This document shows, piece by piece, positions 40,080-50,221 of a DNA stretch of 64,000 nt. The notes under the pieces are model-generated. The model saw nothing but the letters and a program-made list of their open reading frames with translations, searched no databases and was not told the DNA's origin. The translations under genes were made by a program, and so were the position numbers. The number at the start of each line of letters is the position of its first letter. The stretch's first letter is position 1. Location: positions 1-64,000 of IMG/VR virus record IMGVR_UViG_3300013280_000005; one strand, written 5' to 3'. Origin of the DNA: a virus. Its lineage: Duplodnaviria > Caudoviricetes.

Positions 40080-41207
40080 TCAGCCTCGTATGTTTGCCAA
40101 CTCTTGCATACGCTTAAACATCTTTTCATCTTCTGTCAAGATTGTCTTAGTTGGTTTTGTCGAACGAACTGATTTGCTTGCGCCACCCGTGATGCTTTCA
40201 CGTAGAGAACGCTTCGCGCTTGTAACTGGTGCCTTCTTAGAAGATGCATTCTTAAACTTGTTGAATGATTCTGCTAGAGTTCCGTACACAAGTTTAGCCT
40301 CGCGTACTGAAGCTGCTCTATCAAAACTTTCAACAATGGTCATCTTCTGAGATTCAGTCAAGTTATACTTTTGGAACAACTTAGTTGCAAAAAGCAACTT
40401 TGCATTCAAAAGGTTAACTTCATTAAGTTTACGACGTAGATACTGAATAACACGGTATGCTTCACCAAGAGCCTCTTCAGACTCTTCAGATTCAGGCTCT
40501 TCAGCCGGAGCTTCTTCGGCAGAAGTTTCGGCTTGTTCAGCTTCATCCTCTTCGCGAAGTGAACGAAGAATTTCTTGAATATCAATTTCATCTTCGTCGC
40601 CGTCTTCACCTTCTTCAACTGGTGGCTCCGTTGGTGCAGGTTCATCACCTTCATCTTCAACATCATCTTCTTCGTAAAGTTTATTACGACCGGGGTCGTC
40701 CGTGTTATCATCCGACGCATCTGCGGATGGCATTTTGTTGTCACCCATTCCAATGTCAGACGAGTCAGCTTCCTCTTCTAATTGACGCAGAATTTCTTGC
40801 AACTCAGCATCAATCTCATCCTCTTCGCCGTCTTCACCTTCTTCAACTGGTGGCTCTTCGGCTTCTGGTTCTTCTTCCGGTACCTCTTCGCCGTCTTCAC
40901 CTTCTTCAACTGGTGGCTCTTCGGCTTCTGGTTCTTCTTCCGGTACATCCTCACCATCATCGCCCTCATCAACAGGCGCATCGCCCATATCATCTTCTGG
41001 CATATCTTCGTCTTCATCCATGACTGGAGCATCTTCATCATCCTCTTCAGATTCCTCTGCGAGTTTGTTTGAAATGATGCTTTGCAGTCTAGGAGCAAAC
41101 GCCTCCTGTAATGCTAACTTAGCATTCAGAAGAGCTGTCTCACGAACCGCCTTAGCGTCCGCGACAGCCTCCATTAGCAGATTGGTATTCCGCTTTGTCT
41201 TTGGCAT
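40080..41207 (-). CDS. Prohead core scaffold protein (gp22-like)
   Basis: Very acidic, EAVADAKAVRETAL, LNEVNLLNAKLLF; immediately upstream of the capsid gene; GGAG before ATG 41207. Confidence 0.8.
   Translation of the reverse strand: MPKTKRNTNLLMEAVADAKAVRETALLNAKLALQEAFAPRLQSIISNKLAEESEEDDEDAPVMDEDEDMPEDDMGDAPVDEGDDGEDVPEEEPEAEEPPVEEGEDGEEVPEEEPEAEEPPVEEGEDGEEDEIDAELQEILRQLEEEADSSDIGMGDNKMPSADASDDNTDDPGRNKLYEEDDVEDEGDEPAPTEPPVEEGEDGDEDEIDIQEILRSLREEDEAEQAETSAEEAPAEEPESEESEEALGEAYRVIQYLRRKLNEVNLLNAKLLFATKLFQKYNLTESQKMTIVESFDRAASVREAKLVYGTLAESFNKFKNASSKKAPVTSAKRSLRESITGGASKSVRSTKPTKTILTEDEKMFKRMQELANIRG
40820..40946 (-). repeat. 63-nt tandem duplication in the scaffold gene
   Basis: VPEEEPEAEEPPVEEGEDGEE encoded twice with identical DNA; partial third copy near 40594-40628. 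Confidence 0.8.
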
Positions 41208-41326
41208 ATACATCTCCAACTAGTATCTAACACTATTAGTAGTGCTAATCAACTTAAAATATTATTGTTAACTCTACAGTGGTAGAGTACTACGTATACA
41301 TAAATATGTTGATAAATTGCAAAAAT

Positions 41327-41356
41327 AAAAAAAATCTCATCGTTTGATGAGATTTC
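41327..41356 (-). terminator. Probable terminator
   Basis: AAATCTCATC-gttt-GATGAGATTT with a long T tract on the minus strand. Confidence 0.7.
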
Positions 41357-41382
41357 TTTAAAAAAGTTCATTTTATACTTTG

Positions 41383-42201
41383 TTACGATAGATACGAATC
41401 AACTATCATACGCATATCATTTTGAATTGCTGAGATTTCAGAATCAGGCGGAAGTATTGATGCCATCACTGCTTTTCGCAGTTCAACTTGCCATTTAGCA
41501 GATGACAACTCTCCCGCAAATGAGTGTTTATCTGGTGGAACTTGATCTTTAAACTTTTCTTGAAATTTTGAATCTCTGAATATCTCATCAAAGCATTTGT
41601 TCATTTCATGTTGAATTTTAAGTATCTGTTTACGTATTTCGCCCATACGACGATCAATATCCCGACGGCGCGTTGCCGCATTCACTGTGCCTGGCTCAAT
41701 TTCACTATGCTGTGTTCGAAGCTCTATTATTTCATCCATCAAACTGTGTATTGACGCAGACTGTAGCTTCATGTTCTCGTTGCTCTGAATAATAGGAATG
41801 AGTTCATCTACAATGGGCTTAAGGTGCTCATCAAAGTATCTATCTTGAAAGTATTTTGCTAACAAGTAATTTATGTGGTCTCTACCGACATACGATGCTA
41901 ACGCAAGTACTCCAACTAATAATCCGAACTTGGCATTTATAGCGGAACCTATTGTTGTACTCACACTAACAGCACTTGCCCATGCAAACAAGGACTTGAA
42001 ATACTCAACGACATAAGACTTCCAGCTCTTCTTGTTTCTAGGCCCGATACTTGCTAAACGAAGAAACTTCTTCCACATGTCATATAGAACCCCCTCATTC
42101 AGAACTTCGGATGAATAGTTTCCTAGTTTAGATTCAACTTCTAACCATTTGATCTCGTCTTTTGCTTCTTCTAAAAGCTCTCTACGCGTTGAAAGTTTCA
42201 C
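41383..42201 (-). CDS. Hypothetical membrane-associated protein with MKLSTR leader
   Basis: GGAG + GTG at 42201 gives MKLSTRRELLEEAK; hydrophobic hairpin in the middle. Confidence 0.7.
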   Translation of the reverse strand: MKLSTRRELLEEAKDEIKWLEVESKLGNYSSEVLNEGVLYDMWKKFLRLASIGPRNKKSWKSYVVEYFKSLFAWASAVSVSTTIGSAINAKFGLLVGVLALASYVGRDHINYLLAKYFQDRYFDEHLKPIVDELIPIIQSNENMKLQSASIHSLMDEIIELRTQHSEIEPGTVNAATRRRDIDRRMGEIRKQILKIQHEMNKCFDEIFRDSKFQEKFKDQVPPDKHSFAGELSSAKWQVELRKAVMASILPPDSEISAIQNDMRMIVDSYLS

Positions 42202-42240
42202 AATAATCTCCACAGTATACAGTTCTAGTATCTATACATA

Positions 42241-42660
42241 TCAAAGACATTCGTCTAACCATGTACTAGGTATACTCTTCTTAGCCCACAGCCATCCTTT
42301 TTTATCGCAATATTGCGCATACGTCGTCTTACTTCCCTTGTAAATTTTAGCATTTGGATTTTGAAAAATGAATCGTATATCTAAATCTGGATGCTGTTCA
42401 AATATCCAATCAAATCTAACGCGATCGTCCTTTGTCCATCTACCCTTTGTCTCAATGAACATCGTCATACCGTCCTGTTTCGTAAGAGAAAAATCCGGTA
42501 GATACGTTCTCACCTTAGCAGGCTGCACATATTCAATCTTAGTTTTCTCGTATTCATACGTTTTGCCACTAACTTGAAGAGACAGATTAACTGCCTCTTC
42601 AAGTCCACTGCGGAATCCATGCTTTATGCCTACATTCAACTTTGTTAATTTTTTAGCCAT
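42241..42660 (-). CDS. T7 endonuclease I-like Holliday junction resolvase
   Basis: FRSGLEE, YLPDF, IETKGRW, HPDLDIRFIFQ, KGSKTTYAQYC. Confidence 0.92.
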   Translation of the reverse strand: MAKKLTKLNVGIKHGFRSGLEEAVNLSLQVSGKTYEYEKTKIEYVQPAKVRTYLPDFSLTKQDGMTMFIETKGRWTKDDRVRFDWIFEQHPDLDIRFIFQNPNAKIYKGSKTTYAQYCDKKGWLWAKKSIPSTWLDECL

Positions 42661-42666
42661 AGTGTA

Positions 42667-42909
42667 TTATGAAAAAAATTGATTTTCTCTATCTAGTTTT
42701 CTCTGTCGTTTGATAGATGCATTTCGTTTGTCTTTCTTTCGCTTTGATGGTTTTACGTACTCAGTTCTATCTTTATACTCTTCTAGGATTCCGCTGTCTT
42801 TAACCTTCCGCTTAAAAATCTTTAACATGAGATCAATACTCATGTTCTCTGTCTTCTTTACCTTGACATGAGTTGTCTTCGGTACTCCTCTGTTTACTTC
42901 TACTGACAT
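42667..42909 (-). CDS. rpsU: Phage-encoded ribosomal protein bS21
   Basis: IDLMLKIFKRKVKDSGILEEYKDRTEYVKPSKRKK matches the bS21 signature (ALRRFKR...G...E...R..YEKPS). Confidence 0.88.
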   Translation of the reverse strand: MSVEVNRGVPKTTHVKVKKTENMSIDLMLKIFKRKVKDSGILEEYKDRTEYVKPSKRKKDKRNASIKRQRKLDRENQFFS

Positions 42910-42932
42910 AACCATTCCTTCTATAAAATATT

Positions 42933-43856
42933 TTACAGCTTGCCGAACACTGGATGTTGGGCTAATTGATTTACTAATTCATCACGCGTTAACTTCTTGT
43001 TTTTCCTATACTGCACGTATAGCGCAGCAGCTTCATTTGAACTCTTCATTCTACGATCAGTGTTTGGAATGTCTTTAGCTAATAGACTTGATATTAGATG
43101 AGAAACTTCTTTTGTAAGTGTTACTGCATCTAACGTAAGTGGCCTAGCACCTAATTTTTTGTCTAGGATAGACACAAACTTTGTCAAAAATGACTTAATG
43201 TCCTCCTCCTTCAACCGTACTTGCGCTGACTCATTAACTGGTTTTGAGCTTTCAATCTTGTAATATTTGCTCAATGTTTCACCTATATCATCAAACGCCG
43301 CCTCAGCACGTCGTTGTAATTTTGATACTTCTTGGATACTCTTCTCAAATACCTTGAAGGATTCTTTAAGACGCTTAGCATGACGAGTTGCAGTAACATC
43401 ATCAAACCATTCGGCGGCGTCTTCAGCTAAGTTGTTGACCGCAAATTCAACCAGTTCCTTTATCTGCTTATATGCTTCTAAAACGTTATCATCGCGATAG
43501 ATGGATTCTCCGAACTTATTAAATTTCTTTATAGATTCGGTAAACCGACGCTTTTGTTCATCAGTATACACTGGACGATCATCCTCTTGCTTAGTAGATT
43601 CGGTAAACAACTTCTTAATGCGACGGGACACCATCTGACGAATACGAGATTCGTTCAGCTCGGTTGACTTCTCAGAGGTTTTCTCCTTAGTCTCTTTCAA
43701 CTTAGAGTGTTCAGTTTTGGCAAACTTTTTTAATTGCTTGACACTCATACTATCTCCTACTTTCTTAATTGTTGCATTAACATTTTTTATCTTACCAGTC
43801 TTATATAACAACGCCATCGCCATTAATCGTTGCTGTGACTTAGATTTAGCTGGCAT
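42933..43856 (-). CDS. Hypothetical head-associated protein (MPAKSKSQQR N-terminus)
   Basis: Start moved to ATG 43856; multiple LxE/VNE motifs. Confidence 0.7.
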   Translation of the reverse strand: MPAKSKSQQRLMAMALLYKTGKIKNVNATIKKVGDSMSVKQLKKFAKTEHSKLKETKEKTSEKSTELNESRIRQMVSRRIKKLFTESTKQEDDRPVYTDEQKRRFTESIKKFNKFGESIYRDDNVLEAYKQIKELVEFAVNNLAEDAAEWFDDVTATRHAKRLKESFKVFEKSIQEVSKLQRRAEAAFDDIGETLSKYYKIESSKPVNESAQVRLKEEDIKSFLTKFVSILDKKLGARPLTLDAVTLTKEVSHLISSLLAKDIPNTDRRMKSSNEAAALYVQYRKNKKLTRDELVNQLAQHPVFGKL

Positions 43857-43863
43857 ATCTTTC

Positions 43864-44523
43864 TCAGAATAGGCATTCGCATACATCGCCTATCTCACAA
43901 ATAATATGCGAGATGTTCTCTTGTATCCGTTTGATTCTAGGATCAATCTTTACGACACCACCCGTGTTTGCCTCAGAAATCAATCGTGATTCATGTATAC
44001 CTTCACGCTGTTGATACATAAACGCGCCGTGTGTTGATGGATTAGATACAAAGTCCCAACAAATCAACTCAAAATCATCTTGAACTTGGACAGTATCCTC
44101 TGACAGCTTTTCGACTGAACCCATACCTCGGGATGAAATTCCAAGACGGATACCCGAGTTTAACAAAGCCTGAAGGATATTTCCCGACGGTGTTGGTAGA
44201 ATTTGAACTACACCGAATAAGTCATCGCCTTTCCAATACAAATCTAGTATAGTATGCGATACGTTCTTTAACTCAACTACAGAACGGTCAGGGTGGTCAA
44301 GTTCTCCGATAGCCCTGCGTTCTTTTATATAAATATCTTTGTATTTCTTCGCCTCACGTACCAATATATCCTTAGGATATACACGTCCATTTTGATTCTT
44401 CTTCCCAGCGCGTTGAAGGATACCAGTTGTGATAACCTTACCTTCACCATACGCCGACGCCTCATGTAGAGGCATGGAGATAGGTGTGAAGAGCATAGTA
44501 TCAATAAGTAATTGTTTTGCCAT
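43864..44523 (-). CDS. Prohead core protease (T4 gp21-like)
   Basis: KNQNGRVYP, GELDHP, VSH, GISSRGMGS, DFVSNPS. Confidence 0.95.
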   Translation of the reverse strand: MAKQLLIDTMLFTPISMPLHEASAYGEGKVITTGILQRAGKKNQNGRVYPKDILVREAKKYKDIYIKERRAIGELDHPDRSVVELKNVSHTILDLYWKGDDLFGVVQILPTPSGNILQALLNSGIRLGISSRGMGSVEKLSEDTVQVQDDFELICWDFVSNPSTHGAFMYQQREGIHESRLISEANTGGVVKIDPRIKRIQENISHIICEIGDVCECLF

Positions 44524-44525
44524 CG

Positions 44526-45038
44526 TTAAGCACCTAATTCATTAATCATTTTACGAATCCGCACTAATCTCTCGGCAATCTTAACTACTCGATTCAGTGA
44601 AGACTTCCATATAGTACGCTGATCTACTGATAACTCAGTCTTAAGTCTAGATGCGTGGCGCACTGAACGTTCAATCTCTCGTAAGTTCCTATCAATTTGA
44701 TTTATAGCTTCGCTTATCTTACGATTAGCGGGTGCATCTGAACTACGTTTGAACTCTTTATAAGAAATCTCAGAAAGTTGCGCACCATTCTTCTTATGCG
44801 ATTCAAAGTTACGTTTGCTTTTTTTGGTTGCCGCTGTGTATCCAGCGGTAGTCATAATGTCTTTCATTCCCGACTCATGAGATTCCTCATCTTTTGCAAA
44901 CGCATACTTTGTATCGTAGCCATCAATATTGTTTGTAGTGTTACCAACGGCCCCGCTAGTCTCCTCAACGAAAAGACGATAAGACTCAGTTTGCACTAAT
45001 TTTTTGATAAAAGATTCTACATTACGATTACGTTTCAT
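44526..45038 (-). CDS. Hypothetical head-region protein
   Basis: 170-aa ORF with GGAG RBS in the head operon. Confidence 0.7.
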   Translation of the reverse strand: MKRNRNVESFIKKLVQTESYRLFVEETSGAVGNTTNNIDGYDTKYAFAKDEESHESGMKDIMTTAGYTAATKKSKRNFESHKKNGAQLSEISYKEFKRSSDAPANRKISEAINQIDRNLREIERSVRHASRLKTELSVDQRTIWKSSLNRVVKIAERLVRIRKMINELGA

Positions 45039-45050
45039 GCTTATTCTCCG

Positions 45051-45371
45051 TTATCGCACTAGTTGATTTCGTATCAAGACGTAAATTGTACCAGCACTCA
45101 CTGTAACTGCGCTGACTGATAACTCATGTATACTAGTAGAAGAACCAACTAATGCGGATGCTGGAATTGATCCACCGTTAGATAAGAACACTGTTCCATT
45201 TGATCCAGTTGGAACCAATATACCACCCGCTCCATAGTTTGAGCCAGTAAAGAAAGTAGTTCCACTTGTACACTCTACTACTTTATAAAATTTTCCAGGA
45301 TGACCTAAACGCTCAAAATCGTTATTATGTCGAGTGGTGGAAAAGTTATATGGGTGAACTCCGTCTGCCAT
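45051..45371 (-). CDS. Small beta-rich protein, possible capsid decoration protein
   Basis: Gly/Ser/Thr-rich (TSGT, FTGSN, PTGSN); ATG overlaps the upstream stop. Confidence 0.6.
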   Translation of the reverse strand: MADGVHPYNFSTTRHNNDFERLGHPGKFYKVVECTSGTTFFTGSNYGAGGILVPTGSNGTVFLSNGGSIPASALVGSSTSIHELSVSAVTVSAGTIYVLIRNQLVR

Positions 45372-46213
45372 TATGAACTCCATCCTAAATCGTCAATGAT
45401 ATCGTAATATCTTAACAAGGATACTACGTGTGATTCATCCACCTTCTTAATGTTCTCATACTTGTCTAGTAAAGAAGTTATCTCAGTCAGCTTAATCTTA
45501 AGAACTTTGTCGGTGAGTGTATGAAGATTCTCTTGAAAAATTTCACGAACCTTGTTAGCTTCGTGCTCAAGAAAATGCTTTAACTTGTTAGTACTTGACA
45601 CATTTTCAATATACTCTTTCAGTATTTCCTTTTGGTTATCTGTGAGTTCCCCGTATTTCTCATTAAAGCGTTGTATCATAATCTTGTATGTCATGACGCG
45701 TATTTCTTTTGGCTCATCTTCTAACTCGTGCTTTTTCCCAGTTATTAGCTTAGAGTTTGGATTCATCATGTTTTCAACAATAGTGACTTTAGAGCGAGTT
45801 ATCTCAGACGGATTATCAAGTTCTGTGTATTCAAGAATTTTATAAATTGATGCTAGCAATTTGTAGTTGCGAACCTTGGTTTGGAAGAAAACATTTACAT
45901 CGTAATTGTTTGCCAACTCTTTTATTAATTGGTACTTCTCTTCTTTCAGTTTCACTTTATCAATTGAACGACGGGCTTTTATGACAGATTCAATAAGCAT
46001 CATACACCGAGATTCGGATGAAAATGATTCTTCCGCCAATGTCCTATATAGCGAATACTCCTTATACAGTTCAGTCTTCGGTGCGAAGAACTTACGTAAT
46101 ATCTCAACGGATACCGAGTCCTTTTCGGATAAGATGTCCGATGTTATCTGCCTCGTTAAAAGCTCAAATAACATACCAGTATTCTTTATCTTAGAGTGTT
46201 TTATCTTTTTCAT
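45371..46213 (-). CDS. Conserved hypothetical protein downstream of the portal
   Basis: KHSKIKNTGMLFELL N-terminus; promoter-like motif at 46248-46255. Confidence 0.75.
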   Translation of the reverse strand: MKKIKHSKIKNTGMLFELLTRQITSDILSEKDSVSVEILRKFFAPKTELYKEYSLYRTLAEESFSSESRCMMLIESVIKARRSIDKVKLKEEKYQLIKELANNYDVNVFFQTKVRNYKLLASIYKILEYTELDNPSEITRSKVTIVENMMNPNSKLITGKKHELEDEPKEIRVMTYKIMIQRFNEKYGELTDNQKEILKEYIENVSSTNKLKHFLEHEANKVREIFQENLHTLTDKVLKIKLTEITSLLDKYENIKKVDESHVVSLLRYYDIIDDLGWSS

Positions 46214-46265
46214 GCACCCATCCAGTGATTAAAAATGCCCTACAATACATAAATATGAGTTACTA

Positions 46266-48200
46266 TCAAATTTCTTCATCTGGGAGTAATATGTCTTCTC
46301 TCAGCATCTTAGGATCAACCGGACTTACCGATGGTATAAGGCTATCAGAGATGATTGATTTACTCTTCAATTTCAACACACCCATAGACTTCAATGCTAA
46401 TATCTCATTAGAGTTTAGTGAATTTCTGCGAATCGGCTGCGGACTAGAGTCAACAGATTCAAGAGCTAACGGACTTCCATTGCGATAGGAATGACGTAAC
46501 TTGTTATTTGGTTTGGCAGGACTTACTGCGCTATCTCCCCCAAGTGCATCTCTACCGAAATTAGACGCATCCGTACCATACGTTGTATTGTTTTTTGGTC
46601 TACCAGCCCCAGGCCAACCACCCTTTGGTACTTCAATATCAGCATAGTCATTAATTGGTCTAGCTGTACTAGAACCGCCGAACATGCTCAATTGTGCTAG
46701 ATCATGTTTAGTTCCGAAACTTTCTTTAGTAATCATAGGGTCATTACCTTCCCCCTCTATCTGACTTAATCTAAACAAATACTTAACATCTTCAACTACT
46801 TCATTACGCTCAAACAGCATCTCATCTCTTGACATGTTAAAGATGTTACTGTATATGTAGTTTGTCGAGAACATCTTACTCTCCACCATTGACTTCGCAA
46901 GATCAACCTTCTCAGACATCATCTGAATCTTTTCTTGTTCGTATACGATGGATGGTCCTGTTAGGGATAGTTCAAAGTTCACAAGCTCTGCATCTTGAAA
47001 TCCTTGCGCATACAAGTGCACGACTGCTATCTTTGTTAACTCGGAGACTACTATTCGCTGCACACGCTCTATGGTTCTAGCAAAGCGAATATCTAATGAC
47101 GCCAAAGTTGCCTTCCCCTCCAACCCCTCGTCATATCCTAGAAATGCTTTCGGTACCTTCAACGCGGCAAAAATCTTAGACTTCAAATACTCAATGTCTT
47201 CAATAGCCTGATATTGCAACCCAGGAAGTGTTTCTATCTCAGTACCCGACTGACCGCCTCTGACCGGAAGATAAAAATCTTCTAGTAGGTTTTGCATATT
47301 ATAACGAAGGTTATAGTTACCAGTATTTGGATCAACTACAGGAACTTTCTTTGAGCTATCCATTAACTTCTGGATGTACGCATCAACTTCGTTTGAAGGT
47401 ATGTTTCCTACGTCAATTCTGAATATGCGGCGTTCGGGTGCTCTCATAACCCGATGAATCAACATGGCATCTTCCATCAGAACCCACTGTTTGAACAATT
47501 TCCTAGCATTTTCAAGTATTGACTTTCCGTATGGTAAGAAGTTAGTATCACCTAGTAGACGGAAGTGGGCAATTTCAAAGTTTTCAAACTTACCTTTACC
47601 CAAGGGACCTTCGTAGATGAACTGAGTTGAATATAAATTCTCAGGATCAGTTCCTTCCTGTCTTTCCACTTCGTATGCAGAAAACGGCACTACGTTCTTT
47701 ACACCAATTCCGTCTTCAACATCTAAAAACAGATAGAAGTCGCCATATTTGACCATGTTACGAACCCACGACCATAGATTGTACTCTATATTCAAGATGT
47801 CGTAGAAAAGATTTCGTAGTATCTTACGGACATTTTCATTGTCCGTCTTTATGGTCACAACATCCCCAACATCACTCTTAAGAGTACTCTCGTCGGCATA
47901 AATGTCTAATGCCGATGAAACAATGGCATCAGTATCCATTGACTCATAGTCGGTGTAAAGATCAATCTTGGTTGATGTAAATGAGTTATATTGGTTGTAC
48001 ACAGACAACGGTGTACCACCAGCAGAACCGTGCAATCTTCCAAATCTGTCAATTACTTTGGATACGTGTGGATTTCCTTCGGACTGGTATCTGGCAGTAT
48101 CAACAACCTTTAGTTTCTTGCCACCGATCTGACGAACGATGACGTTGGAACTAAAGAGTATTTTCAATCTATCAAATATTGATCTTGGTTTTGAAGCCAT
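46266..48200 (-). CDS. Portal protein (T4 gp20-like)
   Basis: MEDAMLIHRVMRAPERRIFRIDVGN, EDFYLPVRG, IETLPG, ALKVP. Confidence 0.95.
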   Translation of the reverse strand: MASKPRSIFDRLKILFSSNVIVRQIGGKKLKVVDTARYQSEGNPHVSKVIDRFGRLHGSAGGTPLSVYNQYNSFTSTKIDLYTDYESMDTDAIVSSALDIYADESTLKSDVGDVVTIKTDNENVRKILRNLFYDILNIEYNLWSWVRNMVKYGDFYLFLDVEDGIGVKNVVPFSAYEVERQEGTDPENLYSTQFIYEGPLGKGKFENFEIAHFRLLGDTNFLPYGKSILENARKLFKQWVLMEDAMLIHRVMRAPERRIFRIDVGNIPSNEVDAYIQKLMDSSKKVPVVDPNTGNYNLRYNMQNLLEDFYLPVRGGQSGTEIETLPGLQYQAIEDIEYLKSKIFAALKVPKAFLGYDEGLEGKATLASLDIRFARTIERVQRIVVSELTKIAVVHLYAQGFQDAELVNFELSLTGPSIVYEQEKIQMMSEKVDLAKSMVESKMFSTNYIYSNIFNMSRDEMLFERNEVVEDVKYLFRLSQIEGEGNDPMITKESFGTKHDLAQLSMFGGSSTARPINDYADIEVPKGGWPGAGRPKNNTTYGTDASNFGRDALGGDSAVSPAKPNNKLRHSYRNGSPLALESVDSSPQPIRRNSLNSNEILALKSMGVLKLKSKSIISDSLIPSVSPVDPKMLREDILLPDEEI

Positions 48201-48224
48201 GTCATGCCTTAAAATTTATTAGTA

Positions 48225-49829
48225 TCAGTCAATCTTATCTATTAACCAACGCAAATCTTGATCTCCATGCGGTGACGGCATTGACCATCCATGTTGACGT
48301 AATTGTGTTGCTGGTGTATCTAATGTGCTTCTAACTGGTCGGACGTTTGCAAGGGCATCCAATGTGGATCGAGTTCTTGACAATCCTAACTCACGGAGAC
48401 GAAGTGCCATGTCTCTAACCCATAACCCAATAGCATAGGCCATAACCAAGTCATCATTATAACCAGATTGTGCTTCTGCCCGAGAACCCTTCCAGATGAA
48501 TACAGATAACTCTTCAATTAATCTAGCGGAGTGAATAACACAACTGTGTTCTCGGACAAATTCTATAAGTTTTGTTATTATGAGAGGTCTAGTTCGCTGT
48601 GACGTCGTGAACCCAGGAACCATTTCCGACTTATCTTTGAGGTCATACCCTTTACTCAATTGAATTGCTGGGTCAATGAATCCCTCGTCCTTAAACGTAT
48701 AATAAAGATTATCATATCCTCTATCTATAATGCGTTGAATAACAGCCCAACCTATGTTAGCATTTTCAACTACCAACAAAGCATCGTTATACTCCGTAGC
48801 GATATTCATCAGAATATCACCGTATTGGGTAGTTCCAAGCATAGCCTTGAATTCGGCAACTTGTTCAACATTCTCCACGTCAATGACGTGAAACGCGGAG
48901 AAGTCAGAGCCGTCACCTCGGGCTACGTCTGCGACAACAATGTATGATTTATCGGGATGTGGATATTCCCAAATCCAAAGTGACGAATCTACACCACGTT
49001 TTTCTATAGGAGCCGACAGTTGATTTTCTCGATACCATTCTAGCTCCTCACCGCTAATAACCGACATACCAGACGCCAAGAATGACCCATCGCATTCTTG
49101 CTTTGCCTTTTGTGGTCCGAGGACTTCATCTTGCTTATCACGCCATGCTTGATCTCGCTCTGGATGCAATTTCCAATGTAGGAATATAGGATGGAACGGA
49201 GACCTATCGTTAGTTGTAGCGTCAACCCATGTCTTGTGATAAAAGTTTCCAACACCGTTTGGCGTTGAGTTTATAATAGCTTGGCCACCAGTTGCTAATG
49301 TCTGCTGAGCAGAAGCCCATATTTCCTCAATTCCATTAATAAACGCCGCCTCGTCAATGACGAGTAAAGACAACGCCTCAGAACGCGCAGCATCTGAAGC
49401 AGCCGACGAAGCCTTTATTTGAGAACCGTTCTCAAACCGGAGAGAAAGTTTGTTATCTTCAACTGTACGAGTTTTCAGCCACGATGGTAGATTATCATAC
49501 ATTACTCTAACTTTTGTAACCAAATTCTTCGCAGTATCTTGTTTCGTAGCGATAACTAAGATGTTCTTATCATTATGAAACAACATCATCCAAAGAGAAT
49601 AGCCAGCTATGAGAGTTGATAAACCCATCTGACGGCTTTTGAGTACGATATTGTATTGATGGCGTCTAAAGTCGTCTAGTACATCAGTTTGAAAGTCAAA
49701 GAGATCAAACTTGATCTTACCACGTTTTGGGTGCTGAATGAATGCGTAATTTCTCATAAAGAATGCTGGATTTGAAGCGCACTTTATGTACAACTCACGT
49801 ATCTGTTTGCGTATTTCGTTTTGACTCAT
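48225..49829 (-). CDS. Terminase large subunit (gp17-like)
   Basis: KSRQMGLST, LVIDEAAF, STPNG, ADVARGDGSDFS, VENANIG, GYNDDLVMA. Confidence 0.95.
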   Translation of the reverse strand: MSQNEIRKQIRELYIKCASNPAFFMRNYAFIQHPKRGKIKFDLFDFQTDVLDDFRRHQYNIVLKSRQMGLSTLIAGYSLWMMLFHNDKNILVIATKQDTAKNLVTKVRVMYDNLPSWLKTRTVEDNKLSLRFENGSQIKASSAASDAARSEALSLLVIDEAAFINGIEEIWASAQQTLATGGQAIINSTPNGVGNFYHKTWVDATTNDRSPFHPIFLHWKLHPERDQAWRDKQDEVLGPQKAKQECDGSFLASGMSVISGEELEWYRENQLSAPIEKRGVDSSLWIWEYPHPDKSYIVVADVARGDGSDFSAFHVIDVENVEQVAEFKAMLGTTQYGDILMNIATEYNDALLVVENANIGWAVIQRIIDRGYDNLYYTFKDEGFIDPAIQLSKGYDLKDKSEMVPGFTTSQRTRPLIITKLIEFVREHSCVIHSARLIEELSVFIWKGSRAEAQSGYNDDLVMAYAIGLWVRDMALRLRELGLSRTRSTLDALANVRPVRSTLDTPATQLRQHGWSMPSPHGDQDLRWLIDKID

Positions 49830-49843
49830 GTCATCAGTCTCCG

Positions 49844-50221
49844 TTATCTAGCTAACAAAACAGTTGCGATTACGGTAGCCGCTCCAGCACTAAACCATAG
49901 AAATTTATTATCATACCACTTAGGTCGTAAATCTTCAATAGTCTTCTGCATAATTGCAGCTTGCTCTTTATACGCCGTCACCACTTGCTCTCGATTATCA
50001 AGCTGCTGCTTATAAAGCAAGAGTCTATTCTCAGACTTCACTATTAAGGTATCTTGCGCGGATATTATAGCACCTTTGAACTGTAAACTATCTTGTAATA
50101 ATCGGATTTTATTAGCCAAAATTACAATCTCTGCCTTCGTAAGACAAACTACAGAATCTTTCTGTGCGCTAGCCGTGTGGCAACCTATCACTATCATCAG
50201 TATAAGTAGTATCGTTTTCAT
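49844..50221 (-). CDS. Secreted coiled-coil protein; spanin-like candidate
   Basis: N-terminal signal peptide, coiled coil, C-terminal hydrophobic tail; 4-nt overlap with the upstream gene. Confidence 0.5.
   Translation of the reverse strand: MKTILLILMIVIGCHTASAQKDSVVCLTKAEIVILANKIRLLQDSLQFKGAIISAQDTLIVKSENRLLLYKQQLDNREQVVTAYKEQAAIMQKTIEDLRPKWYDNKFLWFSAGAATVIATVLLAR

Noticed and set aside
49600-49650. Terminase Walker A lacking GKT (KSRQMGLST)
   Set aside because: Deviant Walker A motifs with an N-shifted Lys are known in terminases; not evidence of inactivation
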